A stretch of DNA of 64,000 nucleotides from Macrostomum lignano (Eukaryota): positions 1 to 64,000 of the forward strand of contig NIVC01003105.1 of NCBI GenBank assembly GCA_002269645.1, read 5' to 3'. The translations under genes were made by a program, and so were the position numbers. The notes beneath the pieces were generated by a model, which was not told the origin of the DNA, did no database searches, and saw nothing but the letters and a program-made list of their open reading frames with translations. This document shows positions 12,159 to 25,600 of this stretch, piece by piece; within the stretch, counting starts at the first letter, position 1, and each line of letters opens with the position of its first letter.

Positions 12159-12590
12159 GTACCTGGAAGGCCGAGCCAGCCTGTACCGGCAGACAGTCTG
12201 CCTGTCTGGCGTCCGCTTCCCAGAGCTGAGCGGCCTGTTTGGCGGCCACATGCGCAACTGGCGCGGCAAGCTGGCTCTGAGGCCGTACTACGCCGGTCTG
12301 TACGGCGAAGCCGGTCTGCTTGGCGGCCCGCTGGCGTCCGTCGGCGCCGGGCCCCTGGCCGTCCGGTTCGTCCAGTTCGCTTCGTCCGGCCCGGCCGAGG
12401 CTTCGACGGCTCGTCTGGCCGCTTTCCGTCGGCGCCTGTTGCCATGGCTACGCGAGGGCCAGCGCCTGATCCGGGTGCTGGTGTACGCGCCCAGCTACCT
12501 GGACTGGGCGGACCTGAGGGCGGAGCTGCGCAAGGAGAGCTTGGACTTTTGCGCGATCAGCGAGTACACGCCCGCGAATAAAGCTGCCAG
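12159..12590 (+). CDS. UTP25: UTP25 exon 2
   Basis: CTCAG acceptor 12157-12158; TG+G = Trp; YLEGRASLYRQTVCLS...ISEYT; GT donor at 12591. Confidence 0.9.
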
Positions 12591-12664
12591 GTTCGGGCTG
12601 GGGAAGGAAGGAGGGTGAATGCTTTTCCAGTGTCCGGCAGGCTAGATAGAGGTTGAGATTTCAA

Positions 12665-13970
12665 TCTTGAATGAAGATATTTCAAATCTCAGGGTGAGAT
12701 TACAAATCTCAGGGTGAGATTACAAATCTCAGGGTGAGATTACAAATCTCAAGGTGAGATTACAAATCTCAGGGAGATATTTCAAATCTCAGGGTGAGAT
12801 AAAATCTCAGGGAAAGATTGCAAATCTCAATGAGATATTTCAAATCTAAGTGTGGGATTTAAATCCCAGGGTGAGATTTCAAATCTCAGGGTGAGATTTC
12901 AAATATCAGGATGAGATTTCAAATTTCAGGGTGGGATTACAAATCTCAGGGAGAGATTGCAAATCTCAATGAGATATTTCAATTCTAAGTGTGGGATTCA
13001 AATCTCAGGGTGAGATTTCAAATCTCAAGGAAAGATAACAAATCCTAGTGTGAGATTTTAAACCTCAGGGTGAGATCAGGTGTTGATTTAGAGTGATTTT
13101 CTATCTAGGGATTAGATTTTAAATGTTGAGGGCAAGATTTTTAGCAGGATGGATATTTTCAATTTAGAAGTGTTTTTTTCTGTCTTAAGAGTAAAGATGT
13201 TTTTATCTAAAAGTGAGGTCTGAATTTTTCGGGTTGGGAATTTTAAGAATTTTGAATTTTTATTAAGAGGGATTTTAATCTGGCATTTTTATTAAAGTAA
13301 TTTGAGATTTTTCAGGATTAAGGATTTATAATCAATAAGGATGCCAAACAGCTTAAGATTCTCACATAATTTGGGATTACTTGATCTTGGGGTGAGATTT
13401 ATAAATCTTTGGGTGAGATTTGAAAATTTGTTATAGAGTGAGATTCTAGAATCTATAGGGTGAGATTCGAAAGTCTCTGTGTGAGATTTGAAAATATATA
13501 TGGGATGAGATTAGAAAATCTTTAACTGAGATTTGAAATTCCCTAGGGTGAGATTTGAAAGTCTAAGGTGAGTCTTGAAGATCTATAGGGTGAGATTTGA
13601 AAGTCTATAGGGTGAGATTTGAAAATCTATCGGGTGAGATTTGAAAGTCTATAGGGTGAGATTTGAAAATCTATCGGGTGAGATTTGAAAGTCTCTGGGT
13701 GAGATTTGTAAATATATGGGGTGAGATTTAAAAATATATGGGGTGAGATTTGAAAATCTGTTATAGGGTGAGATTTGAAAATCTATCGGGTGAGATTTGA
13801 AAATCTCTGGGTGAGATTTGAAAATATATGGGGTGAGATATAAAATATATGGGGTGAAATTTGAAAGTCTCTAGGATGAGGTTTGAAAATCTGTTATAGG
13901 GTGAGTTTGAAAGTCTCTAGAATGAGATTTGAAAGTCTCTAGAATAAGATTTGAAAGTCTTTGGGTGAGA
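12665..13970. repeat. Degenerate 20-22-bp repeats (AGGGTGAGATTTCAAATCTC family) in UTP25 intron 2
   Basis: Two blocks (~12665-13080 and ~13390-13970) of GGGTGAGATTT-cored units. Confidence 0.85.
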
Positions 13971-14046
13971 TTTTCTCTTAAAATTGTTTAATTCGACTCC
14001 AAACAATATTAGTTAAGAGTAGTCAACCCCGACCTGCTCTCCGCAG

Positions 14047-14332
14047 CTACCAAGGCCTGTTCCGCGAAGGCCAGGTTCGAATCCTGCTCTACTCTGAGCG
14101 CTACCATTTCTACCACCGGCAGCGGCTGAGAGGCATCCACAACCTGCTCTTCTACGGGCCCCCGACTCACCCGGCCTTCTTTGAGGAGCTCTGCCGCCTG
14201 GCTCTCGCCGACGCCGCGCCTGCCGCCCCCGCCTGCGCCATTCTGGTCGACAGCGCCACCGATTGGCACTCGGTGGCTCCTCTGTGCGGCCCGAGGCGGG
14301 CGGGGGAGCTGGCCAGGGCCGGTCCCGTGTGA
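14047..14332 (+). CDS. UTP25: UTP25 exon 3 (terminal); spliced CDS 612 aa
   Basis: CCGCAG acceptor 14045-14046. ILLYSERYHFYHRQRLRGIHNLLFYGPPTHPAFFEELC matches the UTP25 C-terminal motif; TGA 14330-14332. The three exons sum to 1839 nt, in frame. Confidence 0.9.
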
Positions 14333-14384
14333 CCCGCCTGTCCTACTGATCTGCTGGGACTTCCTTGACTCTATAGGATTTGTT

Positions 14385-14745
14385 TAGCATTGGAGTGTTT
14401 TGGGATTTCTAGCAGCAAATTTGGATCTTTTAGGGATTTGGATTTTATAGGGATTTGGGATTTTATAAGATTTCTGGATCTTTAAGGGATTTTGGGATCT
14501 TATAGGGATTCGGGATCTTATTAGGATTTGGAATCTTTCAGGGATTTGGGATCCTATTCAGATTTGGGATTTTATACGGATTTGGATTTGGATCCTACAT
14601 GTATAGGACTCATTATATCGATTTGGGATTTTTAAGGGATTTGGGATCTTATAGCGACTTGGGATCTTATAGGGATTTCGGATCTTTTAGGGATTTGGGA
14701 TCTTATAGGGATTTCGGATCTTATAGGGATTTGGGATCTTATATG
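14385..14745. repeat. Degenerate 18-bp repeat (GGGATTTGGGATCTTATA) downstream of UTP25
   Basis: Tandem GGGATTT/GGATCTT units. Confidence 0.8.
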
Positions 14746-15157
14746 ATTTCTTTTCTTGGGATGTTAAGTAAATATGGATTTCAGCAGTAGGGATTTATAA
14801 TCAGCATGGATGCCAAAATAAGTTGAGATTCTCACATAATTTGGGATTCCTTGATCCGCGATTTTAAGAAAATTTAGGTATTTTCATTGATAAGTTTAGG
14901 ATTCGCAGCCTCAGTTGACGGGTGACTCCTATCAAGACAATTTAATGATTTGGAAAAAATGTTTGTCCTTTAAAATGCACTGCTCCAAGTTGTTGTTCTG
15001 TAGAAAGCATTTGACAGTAAAAAGTATACTAATTATTATGACTGATTCGGGAAACTGCATTTTTCGCATAAAGAATTGAAAAAACTTGCCTTATTATCCG
15101 TATTTTTGTGTTAATTATTTCTTAATTTTTTTTGAAATAATACATGTTTGCTCAAGT

Positions 15158-15475
15158 ACACAAATTGTTCCAGTGGGTCAGCAGAGCATTGGACTCACGA
15201 CTGAAAGGTCGGGGGTTCGATTCTCAACCTACTCGGAACAATTTGTGTCCTTGAGCAAGACACTTAACTCTGCAATGCTTCAGTTCACCCAGCTGTAAAA
15301 TGGGTGCCAGCATTAGCTGGGGTAATTGAGGGTGTGTGGCGACCCCCCAGTCCTTGGACTGAACAGCCGTACTCAGCCTTCAGATGCGCCGCGCAATAGC
15401 TGCGACTGAGCTGTCGGTTGCACATCTGCACATTAGGGAAGGTGTAATCAGATATTATTATTATTATCATTATTG
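15158..15475 (+). mobile_element. tRNA-derived SINE with CORE-like central domain and (ATT)n tail, near full length
   Basis: A-box-like TGTTCCAGTGG (15166) and B-box GGTTCGATTC (15214). TGTGTCCTTGAGCAAGACACTTAACTC...CAGTT...CTGTAAAATGGG resembles the MIR/CORE domain. (ATT)n tail; a second copy lies at 47011-47260. Confidence 0.85.
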
Positions 15476-16264
15476 TTGACATACATGTAGAATGTAGATA
15501 CAAAGAGGGCCAGCGCCTGTAAAAGTTAAGCAGAGGTGGCCGCGGTTAGTACATCACTTACGCAGTCCCCCTCAAGTCAGCCATTTTGTGAGCAATCATC
15601 AAATCTCCCAGTTCACCCACTGCCACGGAACTGCATTCGACAACAACCAATAAAGTCTGCGGTCAGAATACAGGCTTTGAAATTCTCTACTTGATTGTCT
15701 TTTTAACAGTAGAAATTAAAAAGGGGATTTTCCCTGGCGTCCATAGTTACATGTACTTGCATGGTGTCACCTGTCGAAGTTCCAGAAGCAGAAATCAGAG
15801 CTGATGCAGACAGGTGGTCAACGCTGATAAAATTTGAAGGCTTTAATTGGCAAGACCGCACTGAGGGGTGTATTGAATACAACTGGCGCTTAAGGGAAAA
15901 AATCCGACCTGGCAGAACTGTTGAATATCTCTAGACGGTCCGGTGGGCTGGCTACAATTGATTCTTGTTTGAGAAGGTGCGCAACAAAAACTTTAACCCG
16001 TGTTCTTGAATTTCCTGAGTCTATGAGAGAGTGCAGCTTGGAATTGCGAGCTTGATTACGCGATTCAGCTGTATCGAAATAATCCATAAGCCGAAGCCAA
16101 GAATTGGAATACATTGCATTTTTATGCGTATATTTTGCAATGAAATATGCCAAAGTTATTGTCTGTTAAACGGTTTAATCTCCAAGTTTAAAAACTATTT
16201 TAGGTACATTCCATTTTATTATTGTGTTGCAATTTTGTCTGAGATATGCGCAATTGTATTGGGC

Positions 16265-16420
16265 AAATGGGATGGGGAAGTGAGATCCCATCTCATAGTG
16301 TATTGGGAGAATGGGATGGGGAAGTAAGATCCCATCCCATAGTGTATTGGGAGAATGGGATGGGGAAGTGAGATCCCATACCATCAAGTGTTTGGATTGA
16401 GGAAAGTGAGATCCCATTGT
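16265..16420. repeat. Short ~44-bp tandem repeat (GGGATGGGGAAGTGAGATCCCA...)
   Basis: About three direct copies. Confidence 0.75.
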
Positions 16421-16617
16421 GTATTAGGACAGAATCAGCAATATGAGCTGAGATCCCATTAGCAATATGAGTCTATTGCCTCCTCCACGCGGTAAATTGT
16501 GATTAATTACTGGCATGCACAGAATCAGGGGGGGGGACAAAGTCTCTCATTCGCTGATTAATTACCGCCGGCTCTCTAATCTCCAAAACACGATCCATTA
16601 ATCCTTAATCCCTTCGG

Positions 16618-19600
16618 CTAGCCCTTCAGCAGAGTCGCCTGTGCCGCCATGCCGCAGCCCTCGGACACTGTCCGCTTGTACCTGCGCTGCTGTTTCGTCC
16701 GGTTGCTGGCCCGCTGCTGCTGCAGGCAGCCCACCTGGTCCTCAGTTGACTGCAGCGGCAGGTCGTCCTTCCCCCCTGCCGATCCCGCAGGCGGCTCGTC
16801 CGAGTCCAACATGCCCGTGAGCTCGGAGGACTCTACGCTGCTCAAGGTCGGCATCGAGTTGGCCCGCATCATCTGGCCGAGATGGCCGTCCAGCTGCAGT
16901 TGGCGGACAAATCGCAGGACGTCCTGGCCGTCCGTGAGCAGCAGCGGCTGGTCCATGGCGACCACGGTCTCCGGACAGATCGAGTGCCGGTCCTCGCGTA
17001 GGCGACTCACGGCTGACTGCATCTCCTTCCACAGGTCCGAGTGGTCTGGGGGGGGGGTTATCAGTGCCGGTTAGATAAAAAGATAATGAGAGTTGAAGTC
17101 GGTCAGATCAAAGGATAGGGAGATGGGAGAGTGAAGCGGTCTCAGATCAAAAGACAAGGATCGAGAGTGAGGCGGTCAGATCAATTGGATCGAGAGTGAA
17201 GCGGTAATATCAAAAGATAAGGATCGAGAGTGAGGCGGTCAGATCAAAAGGATCGAGAGTGAAGCGGTAATATCAAAAGGATCGAGAGTGAGGCGGTCAG
17301 ATCAAAAGAAAAGGATCGAGAGTGAGGCGGTCAGATCAAAAGAAAAGGATCGAGAGTGAGGCGATCAGATCAAAAGATAAGGATCGAGAGTGAGGCGATC
17401 AGATCAAAGATAAGGATCGAGAGTGAGGCGGTAAGATCAAAGATAAGGATCGAGAGTGAGGCGGTAAGATCAAAGATAAGGATCGAGAGTGAGGCGGTAA
17501 GATCAAAAGTAAAAAAAGAGAAGTGCGTGCGACAGATCAAACGGCTGGAAGAGTCGGGTATCTAGGTGATTTTCAGTAGTCTCTTAAGAAATCAGTTAAT
17601 GTGTGGGCGTAATTTTTGAGAACTTTCAGAGTTTGAGCGAATTTGGTGGCTTATTTTCAATTTTATTGATCTCCGCTCACGTGAATGTAAAATCGTGGCT
17701 GCAGTTGCAATGGAGATCAAGTTAAATAGCGCGATGAGCCTGCGATTGAAACGGTTGCTCAGCTTTATCACTTCATCATCTATTTATGCGCTGAACTGTA
17801 ATTGTAAAACACGGCCTGTCAATGTATTCCATTGCATCCAGTCCTAGATGTTTGAGAATAATGTGATTTGCAATGACTGGCACATCCTGGAGAGGACATC
17901 TTGTGGTATTTTTTATAAGGGAATATGAAAATTGTTTAGAGTATTTTCCTATGAGAATATAAAAACTTTGGGGTATTTTCGGGTATTAATTTGGATATTT
18001 CGATTTTTTTCGAGTGCGCTTAGAGGAAGCCCATTTTAAAAATAATTAAAAATGAATAATGAAAGCCTACTGCACCTGGCTTGCCCTCATATTCTGAGGC
18101 ATAATTACTGACTAACAGTTTCGCACGAGGTAAGGGCCACTTAGTCTGAAGGAGCTGCTGCTGCTGCAGCTGGGCCCCAGCCACTTTGCCATCTATAATG
18201 TCACAGTGTACACAAATGTGAGGCAGAGGCGAAGGATACAGCCTGGTTATTCCTGCATTCGATCGGATATGGAGACTCGGATGTGAGCTGGCGGAGAAGT
18301 GCTGCGCTGCTCCTGCGTGATTCGATTCTTCTATAATATCCCTGATACTGGCCGCTTGCTTACCTCTCTCCCCTCCCTCTCCCCTCTCTCTCTCCCCTCT
18401 CTCTCTCTCCCCTCTCTCCCTCTCCCCCTCTCCCTCTCCCCTCCCTCCCAGTCCCCCTCTCCCTCTCCCTCCCTCTCCACCCTCCCTCTCTCCCCTCCCC
18501 TCCGTCTCTCCCCTCCCTCTCTCCCCCTCCCTCTCTCCCCTCCCTCTCTTCCCCTCCCTCTCTACTCATCGCCTCTCTCCCATCTTTATTCTCCCCCTCC
18601 CTCTCTACTCATCTCCTCTCTCTCATCTCCTTTCTTCCCCTTGCTCTCCCCCTCGCTCTCTACCCCTCCCACTCAACCATTTTCTCCCCCTTTCTGCTTT
18701 CTCTCTCCCTCCCCTTCTGTATCTCTATTTCTCAAGTCAAAATTTCTAGCTACTTTAACGAACCTGCATTATACAGAGCCTTTAAATTTTCGCGCTTGTG
18801 AAATTTTTCCCATTGCAGAGCCGTCCGGTCCGTCTGCATCTTATAATTCACATCAAAATATTGATTTTATGAGACGATACTGCTAATAAAGAATTATTTT
18901 TTCCGCACCAAGCGACATCGGGTTGCGAATTCCCAGTTGGGGATAATTTGATGTTGATTCTGCTGCGGCCGCTGTCCATGTCTGTGGCTAGCAAGAAAAT
19001 TATTTTTGATGGAGTCATGCCAACAAATGCCATCATGCTTGAACCCGCGATGGCTCTTTCTCGGGCAATGCCTAACTTTTCTCTCTCTCTCTTCCTCTCC
19101 ATCTTCTTTCTCTCTAAGCCTTTTCCCATATTCCCCTTCGCTCCTTCCCTTCCTCGCCTCTTTCCTTTCAATCTCTTCCCTTCAGTGCCCCTCACTTCCC
19201 TATCTACCCTTCCCTATCTACCCTTCCCTATCTACCCTTCCCTATCTACCCTTGCCTATCTACCCTTCCCTATCTACCCTTCCCTATCTACCCTTCCCTA
19301 TCTACCCTTGCCTATCTACCCTTGCCTATCTACCCTTGCCTATCTACCCTTGCCTATCTACCCTTCCCTATCTACCCTTGCCTATCTACCCTTGCCTATC
19401 TACTCTTCCCTATCTACTCTTCTCTATCTACCCCTCCCTGCTTACCCTACCCCTCTCCTTTTCGTTTTTTACCCTGCCCCATCGCCTAATCCTCCTGCAG
19501 ATTTGAAATCTCTATAATTTTCAAACCCATCTACGTTTCCATTTCCCGTCTCCCCGCGAAATCTTAGGCTTCAATTATTTCCAATAAATGTCCCTACACT

Positions 19601-22600
19601 GCATTGATCTGTTGTTGGATTTCACTGTATGATAAGCTCTTGTATTCTCTTACAAAAATAGCCACTCAAATATTTCTCTCATGCAGAACTTCTCTAAAAA
19701 TTCCGATTCAATGCCAAAGAGAGCCAAGCAAGCTTCAAGAAGCCCCTGTTCCATCAGGATTAGAAGCCTTTTCGCGAAAACCTCTTTTCTGCGCTTTCAG
19801 ATTATAAAAAATGTGTGTTGATATGCGAGGATTATTGCATAGACTCGGGGACTTACACGCCATTGTGATACATGTATTTATAGGAAAATCTCTATTAGGA
19901 AAAAGCCACCCTCAGCTTGCAGAGTTACTTAGATCAGGTAGGCTTGCGTGTGAATAAATTATTGATCAACGGCGACATCGTAAAAAAAGTTTATAAGCGA
20001 GTGGTTTGCCTGGCTGCTTTTACAATTTAGTGTGGCTAGTAATGGTGTAGTATGATCTGTCGTAGCTCTGTTGGGATTAAAGTGTTCAGAATTCCAAAAC
20101 TTATAGTTCATATAATAAAAAGTACACTATGTACTATACATCAAAGTGACTATGATGTATAGTAGTATACAGAATACAGCATTCAGTAAACAGCATACAG
20201 CATACAGCATACAGTAAACAGCATACAGCATACAGCATACAGTAAACAGCAAACAGCATACAGTAAACAGCATGCAGCATACAGTAAACAGCAAACAGCA
20301 TACAGCATACAGCATACAGCATACAGCATACAGCAAACAGCATACAGTAAACAGCATACAGTCAACAGCATACAGTCAACAGCATACAGCATACAGTAAA
20401 CAGCATACAGCATACAGCATACAGCATACAGCATACAGCATGCAGCATACAGTAAACAGCAAACAGCATACAGCATACAGTAAACAGCATACAGTCAACA
20501 GCATACAGCATACAGCATACAGCAAACAGCATACAGTAAACAGCATACAGTCAACAGCATACAGCATACAGTAAACAGCATACAGCATACAGTATACAGC
20601 AAACAGCAAACAGCAAACAGTAAACAGCATACATTAAACAGCATACAGCAAACAGCATAAAGCATACAGTAAACAGCAAACAGTATACAGCATACAGTAA
20701 ACAGCATACAGTCAGTCTGTCTCACCTGACTCGTCCCCAGATTCGGCCTCCTCGCTAACCAGTTCACTGTACTGCAGTCGCTTGGTGCGATGCTTCTGCA
20801 ACTGCTGTTGCTGCGGCTGCTGCTGCTGCAATTGCTGCTCCTTCTGCAGCACAAAACTGCGACTCTCTCGGCTGAAGAGCCGCCTCAGAGCTGGCTTCTT
20901 GCGCACCGCTGCTGCCCCCGCTGCTGCCACCTCAGATGACGAGGAGGTGGACTCGGAGGCGTGCGATGTACATGTGAGCGGGATGTCGTCTTGCTGAGCC
21001 GAGTCTGAACCATTTATGACATTTGGGATGCAGAAGTGAAACTTGGAAATTGGGGTTCAAAGTGTAAAAATGGGGATTCGGAATGGGGAAATGAGGATTC
21101 GGAATGGGGAAATGAGGATTCGGAATGGGGAAATGAGGATTCGGAATGGGGAAATGAGGATTCGGAATGGGGAAATGAGGATTCGGAATGGGGAAATGAG
21201 GATTCGGAATGGGGAAATGAGGATTCGGAATGGGGAAATGAGGATTCGGAATGGGGGAATGAGGATTCGGAATGGGGAAATAGGGATTCGGAATGGGAAA
21301 TGACGATTCGGAATGGGGGAATTGGGATTCGGAATGGGGAAATGAGGATTCGGAATGGGGAAATGAGGATTCGGAATGGGGAAATTAGGATTCGGAATGG
21401 GGAAATGAGGATTCGGAATGGGGAAATGAGGATTCGGAATGGGGAAATTAGGATTCGGAATGGGGGAATTAGGATTCGGAATGGGGAAATGAGGATTCGG
21501 AATGGGGAAATGAGGATTCGGAATGGGGGAATGAGGATTCGGAATGGGGAAATAGGGATTCGGAATGGGAAATGAGGATTCGGAATAGTGAAATGACGAT
21601 TCGGAATGGGGGAATGGGGATTCGGAATGGGGAAATGATGATTCGGAATGGGGAAATTGGGATTCGGAATGGGGAAATGAGGATTCGGAATGGGGAAATG
21701 AGGATTTGGAATGGGGAAATGAGGATTCGGAATGGGGAAATGAGGATTCGGAATGGGGAAATGAGGATTCGGAATGAGGAAATGAGGATTCGGAATGGGG
21801 AAATGAGGATTCGGAATGGGGAAATGAGGATTCGGAATGAGGAAATGAGGATTCGGGATGGGGAAATGGGGATTCAGAATGGGGAAATGAGGATTCGGAA
21901 TGGGGAAATGGGGATTCGGAATAGGGAAATGAGGATTCGGAATAGGGAAATGGGGATTTGGGATTTAGAAATTGGGATAGGCGTTGAAAATTCAAATTTT
22001 GAAAAAGTAGAATGAATTTCATAGCACTGTATCCTATCTTGTTTTTGCAATGGAAGTGAGGCACCAAATATGGATGGTCTGACCGAAGTTAAACCCTGAA
22101 TTTCCTACTTCTCACCAACCGACGCATAGCAACACATTGTTTCATTCTCGCGGCTTCTTTGATGTGAAGCTGGCGGTACATAGCAGCATCGTCTTGGAAA
22201 GAATAAATTTTCACATCAAATATTCAGTCGTGCTTGAGCATGCGATTCCAACTGCTGAGCTGCTTTGAGTACAATATCAGTGTGTAATTACACTTGAAGA
22301 CAGGGGATCTGACCATATTTAGACTCTAACCTAGAAATATGAGGTGATGGATCTGAGAGTGTGGGATCTAAGAGTGTGGGATCTGAGAGTGTGGGATCTG
22401 AGAGTGTGGGATCTGAGAGTGTGAGATATGAGAGTGTGGGATCTGAGAGTGTGGGATCTGAGAGTGTGGGATCTGAGAGTGTGGGATCTGAGAGTGTGGG
22501 ATCTGAGAGTGTGGGATCTGAGAGTGTGGGATCTGAGAGTGTGGGATCTGAGAGTGTGGGATCTGAGAGTGTGGGATCTGAGAGTGTGGGATCTGAGAGT

Positions 22601-25600
22601 GTGGGATCTGAGAGTGTGGGATCTGAGAGTGTGGGATCTGAGAGTGTGGGATCTGAGAGTGTGGGATCTGAGAGTGTGGGATCTGAGAGTGTGGGATCTG
22701 AGAGTGTGGGATCTGAGAGTGTGGGATCTGAGAGTGTGGGATCTGAGAGTGTGGGATCTGAGTCATCGACACCTACAGAATTCGGCATCGTCGCAGTTCT
22801 CCAACCAGATGAGAATGTCCTCGCGGGTGAGTCGGTCAGCAGCTGCGGCGGCTGTGGCATCCGCGTTGTCCCCGGCGGCCCCCAGCAGCTCATCCCGGCG
22901 GTGTAGGCGATGTCTGCGGATTTTCCGCACCAGTTTCCGGCCGCCATAATAGAACGGGCTGGCGAGGCCGTAGGCAACAATAGCGGTGGCGCCCAGGCCA
23001 GCAGCGATCGTGCAGACTGGCACCCCGATCACTGCGGGTTGCGGTAGAGTTGGGGTAGAGTTGCGGTAGAGTTGGGGTAGAGTTGGGTAGGGTTGGAGTA
23101 GGGTTGTGGTAGGGTTGGGGTAGGGTTGGGGTAGAGTTGGGGTAGAGTTGGGGTAGAGTTGGGGTAAAGTTGGGGTAGAGTTGGGGTAGGGTTGGGGTAG
23201 GGTTGGGGTAGGGTTGGGGTAGGGTTGGGGTAGGGTTGGGGTAGAGTTGGGGTAGAGTTGGGGTAGAGTTGGGGTAAAGTTGGGGTAGAGTTGGGGTAGG
23301 GTTGGGGTAGGGTTGGGGTAGGGTTGGGGTAGGGTTGGGGTAGAGTTGGGGTAGAGTTGGGGTAGAGTTGGGGTAAGCTTAGGGTAGGATTAGGAAGGGT
23401 TAGAATAGGGTTGGGTAGGGATGGGTAGGGTTCAGAGAGCACTTTACTGTCCGTAATAATAAATAAGAAAAATAAGAGAGAGAAAACGGAGGGCAAAGAG
23501 AGGGAGAAAGGAGTGGAAGGAGAGGGAGAAAGGAGGGCAAAGAGAGGGAGAAAGGAGGGCAAATAGAGGGAGAAAGGAGGGCAAAGAGAGGGAGAAAGGA
23601 GGGCAAGGAGAGGGAGAAAGGAGGGCAAAGAGAGGGAGAAAGTAGGGCAAAGAGAGGGAGAAAGGAGGGCAAAGAGAGGGAGAAAGGAGGGCAAGGAGAG
23701 GGAGAAAGGAGGGCAAAGAGAGGGAGAAAGGAGGGCAAAGAGAGGGAGAAAGGAGGGCAAGGAGAGGGAGAAAGGAGGGCAAAGAGAGGGAGAAAGGAGG
23801 GCAAAGAGAGGGAGAAAGGAGGGCAAAGAAAGGGAGAAAGAAGGGGAAGGAGAGGGAGAAAGGAGGGCAAAGAGAGGGAGAAAGGAGGGAAAAGAGAGGG
23901 CAAAGAGAGGGAGAAAGGAGGGCAAAGAGAGGGAGAAAGGAGGGAAAAGAGAGGGCAAAGAGAGGGAGAAAGGAGGGCAAAGAGAGGGAGAAAGGAGGGC
24001 AAAGAAAGGGAGAAAGGAGGGCAAAGAAAGGGAGAAAGAAGGGGAAGGAGAGGGAGAAAGGAGGGCAAAGAGAGGGAGAAAGGAGGGCAAAGAGAGGGAG
24101 AAAGGAGGGCAAAGAGAGGGAGAAAGGAGGGCAAAGAGAGGGAGAAAGGAGGGCAAAGAGAGGGAGAAAGGAGGGCAAAGAGAGGGAGAAAGGAGGGCAA
24201 AGAGAGGGAGAAAGGAGGGCAAAGAGAGGGAGAAAGGAGGGAAAAGAGAGGGCAAAGAGAGGGAGAAAAAGTGGCTGAAAGAGGCGTCTGTTTGGAGGAG
24301 AAATTTTCATAAACTATGCAAAAATATTTTTCAAAGAAATGTTTCTTTAAATCTTCAATGCCCATTATGAATTTTTTAAAGAATGGATTATTAAGTCAAT
24401 AAAAATTTTTCAAAAAAATTAATTTCTGTTTTCTCAAAAAAGCTTTTAAATAACGTCAAAGCAATTATGCTCATGCATCTTATTCCCAAGATAGGTACTC
24501 TACAAAAATGTTGTGGGATCAAATTTGCTCCGCAATTACTGGGGATTGATTGATTTTCGATATTGCAAGGCGCCTCCTGCTTGCGGGGGCAGCAAAAAGG
24601 TTAGATAAAAATTTAGGAAAGCTTTTTCATAGATTATTTAATCCCACCAGTACCTAAGTGGTGACTGGCTTTCGGTTTTTGTCCTGCCTATTCACCAGCA
24701 AATTTGATTTCTCCCTGCACTCTCACACCCTGCATTTAGCTCCCTGCACTCTCACACCCTGCATTTAGCTCCCTGCACTCTCACACCCTGCATTTAGCTC
24801 CCTTCACTCTCACACCCTGCATTTAGCTCCCTTCACTCTCACACCCTGCATTTAGCTCCCTGCACTCTCACACCCTGCATTTAGCTCCCTGCACTCTCTC
24901 ACACCCTGCATTTAGCTCCCTGCACTCTCTCACCCTGCATTTAGCTCCCTGCACTCTCTCACACCCTGCATTTAGCTCCCTACACTCTCTCACACCCTGC
25001 ATTTAGCTCCCTGCACTCTCTCACACCCTGCATTTAGCTCCCTGCACTCTCTCACACCCTGCATTTAGCTCCCTACACTCTCTCACACCCTGCATTTAGC
25101 TCCCTGCACTCTCTCACCCTGCATTTAGCTCCCTGCACTCTCTCACCCTGCATTTAGCTCCCTACACTCTCTCACACCCTGCATTTAGCTCCCTACACTC
25201 TCTCACACCCTGCATTTAGCTCCCTGCACTCTCTCACACCCTGCATTTAGCTCCCTGCACTCTAACACCCTGCATTTAGCTCCCTGCACTCTCACACCCT
25301 GCATTTAGCTCCCTGCACTCTCACACCCTGCATTTAGCTCCCTGCACTCTCACACCCTGCATTTAGCTCTCTTCACTCTCACACCCTGCATTTAGCTCCC
25401 TTCACTCTCACACCCTGCATTTAGCTCCCTGCACTCTCACACCCTGCATTTAGCTCCCTGCACTCTCTCACACCCTGCATTTAGCTCCCTGCACTCTCTC
25501 ACCCTGCATTTAGCTCCCTGCACTCTCTCACACCCTGCATTTAGCTCCCTACACTCTCTCACACCCTGCATTTAGCTCCCTGCACTCTCTCACACCCTGC

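Noticed and set aside
15160-15235. tRNA-like sequence with A and B boxes
   Set aside because: It is the head of a SINE, continuing into a CORE-like body with a second genomic copy. No complete acceptor stem was seen.
15890-16153. 87-aa minus-strand ORF downstream of the membrane-protein gene
   Set aside because: No recognisable homology or convincing splice context; probably 3' UTR or intergenic.
19650-19795. ~48-codon protein-like minus-strand frame (LMEQGLLEACLALFGIESEFLEKF)
   Set aside because: Short, with no homology recognised and no clear splice pair.
20127-24365. ORFs with SDPTL, MRIRNGE, PFSLSLPS and YAVCC repeats
   Set aside because: Translations of intronic minisatellites. Only 20726-21004 and 22777-23031 behave as exons.
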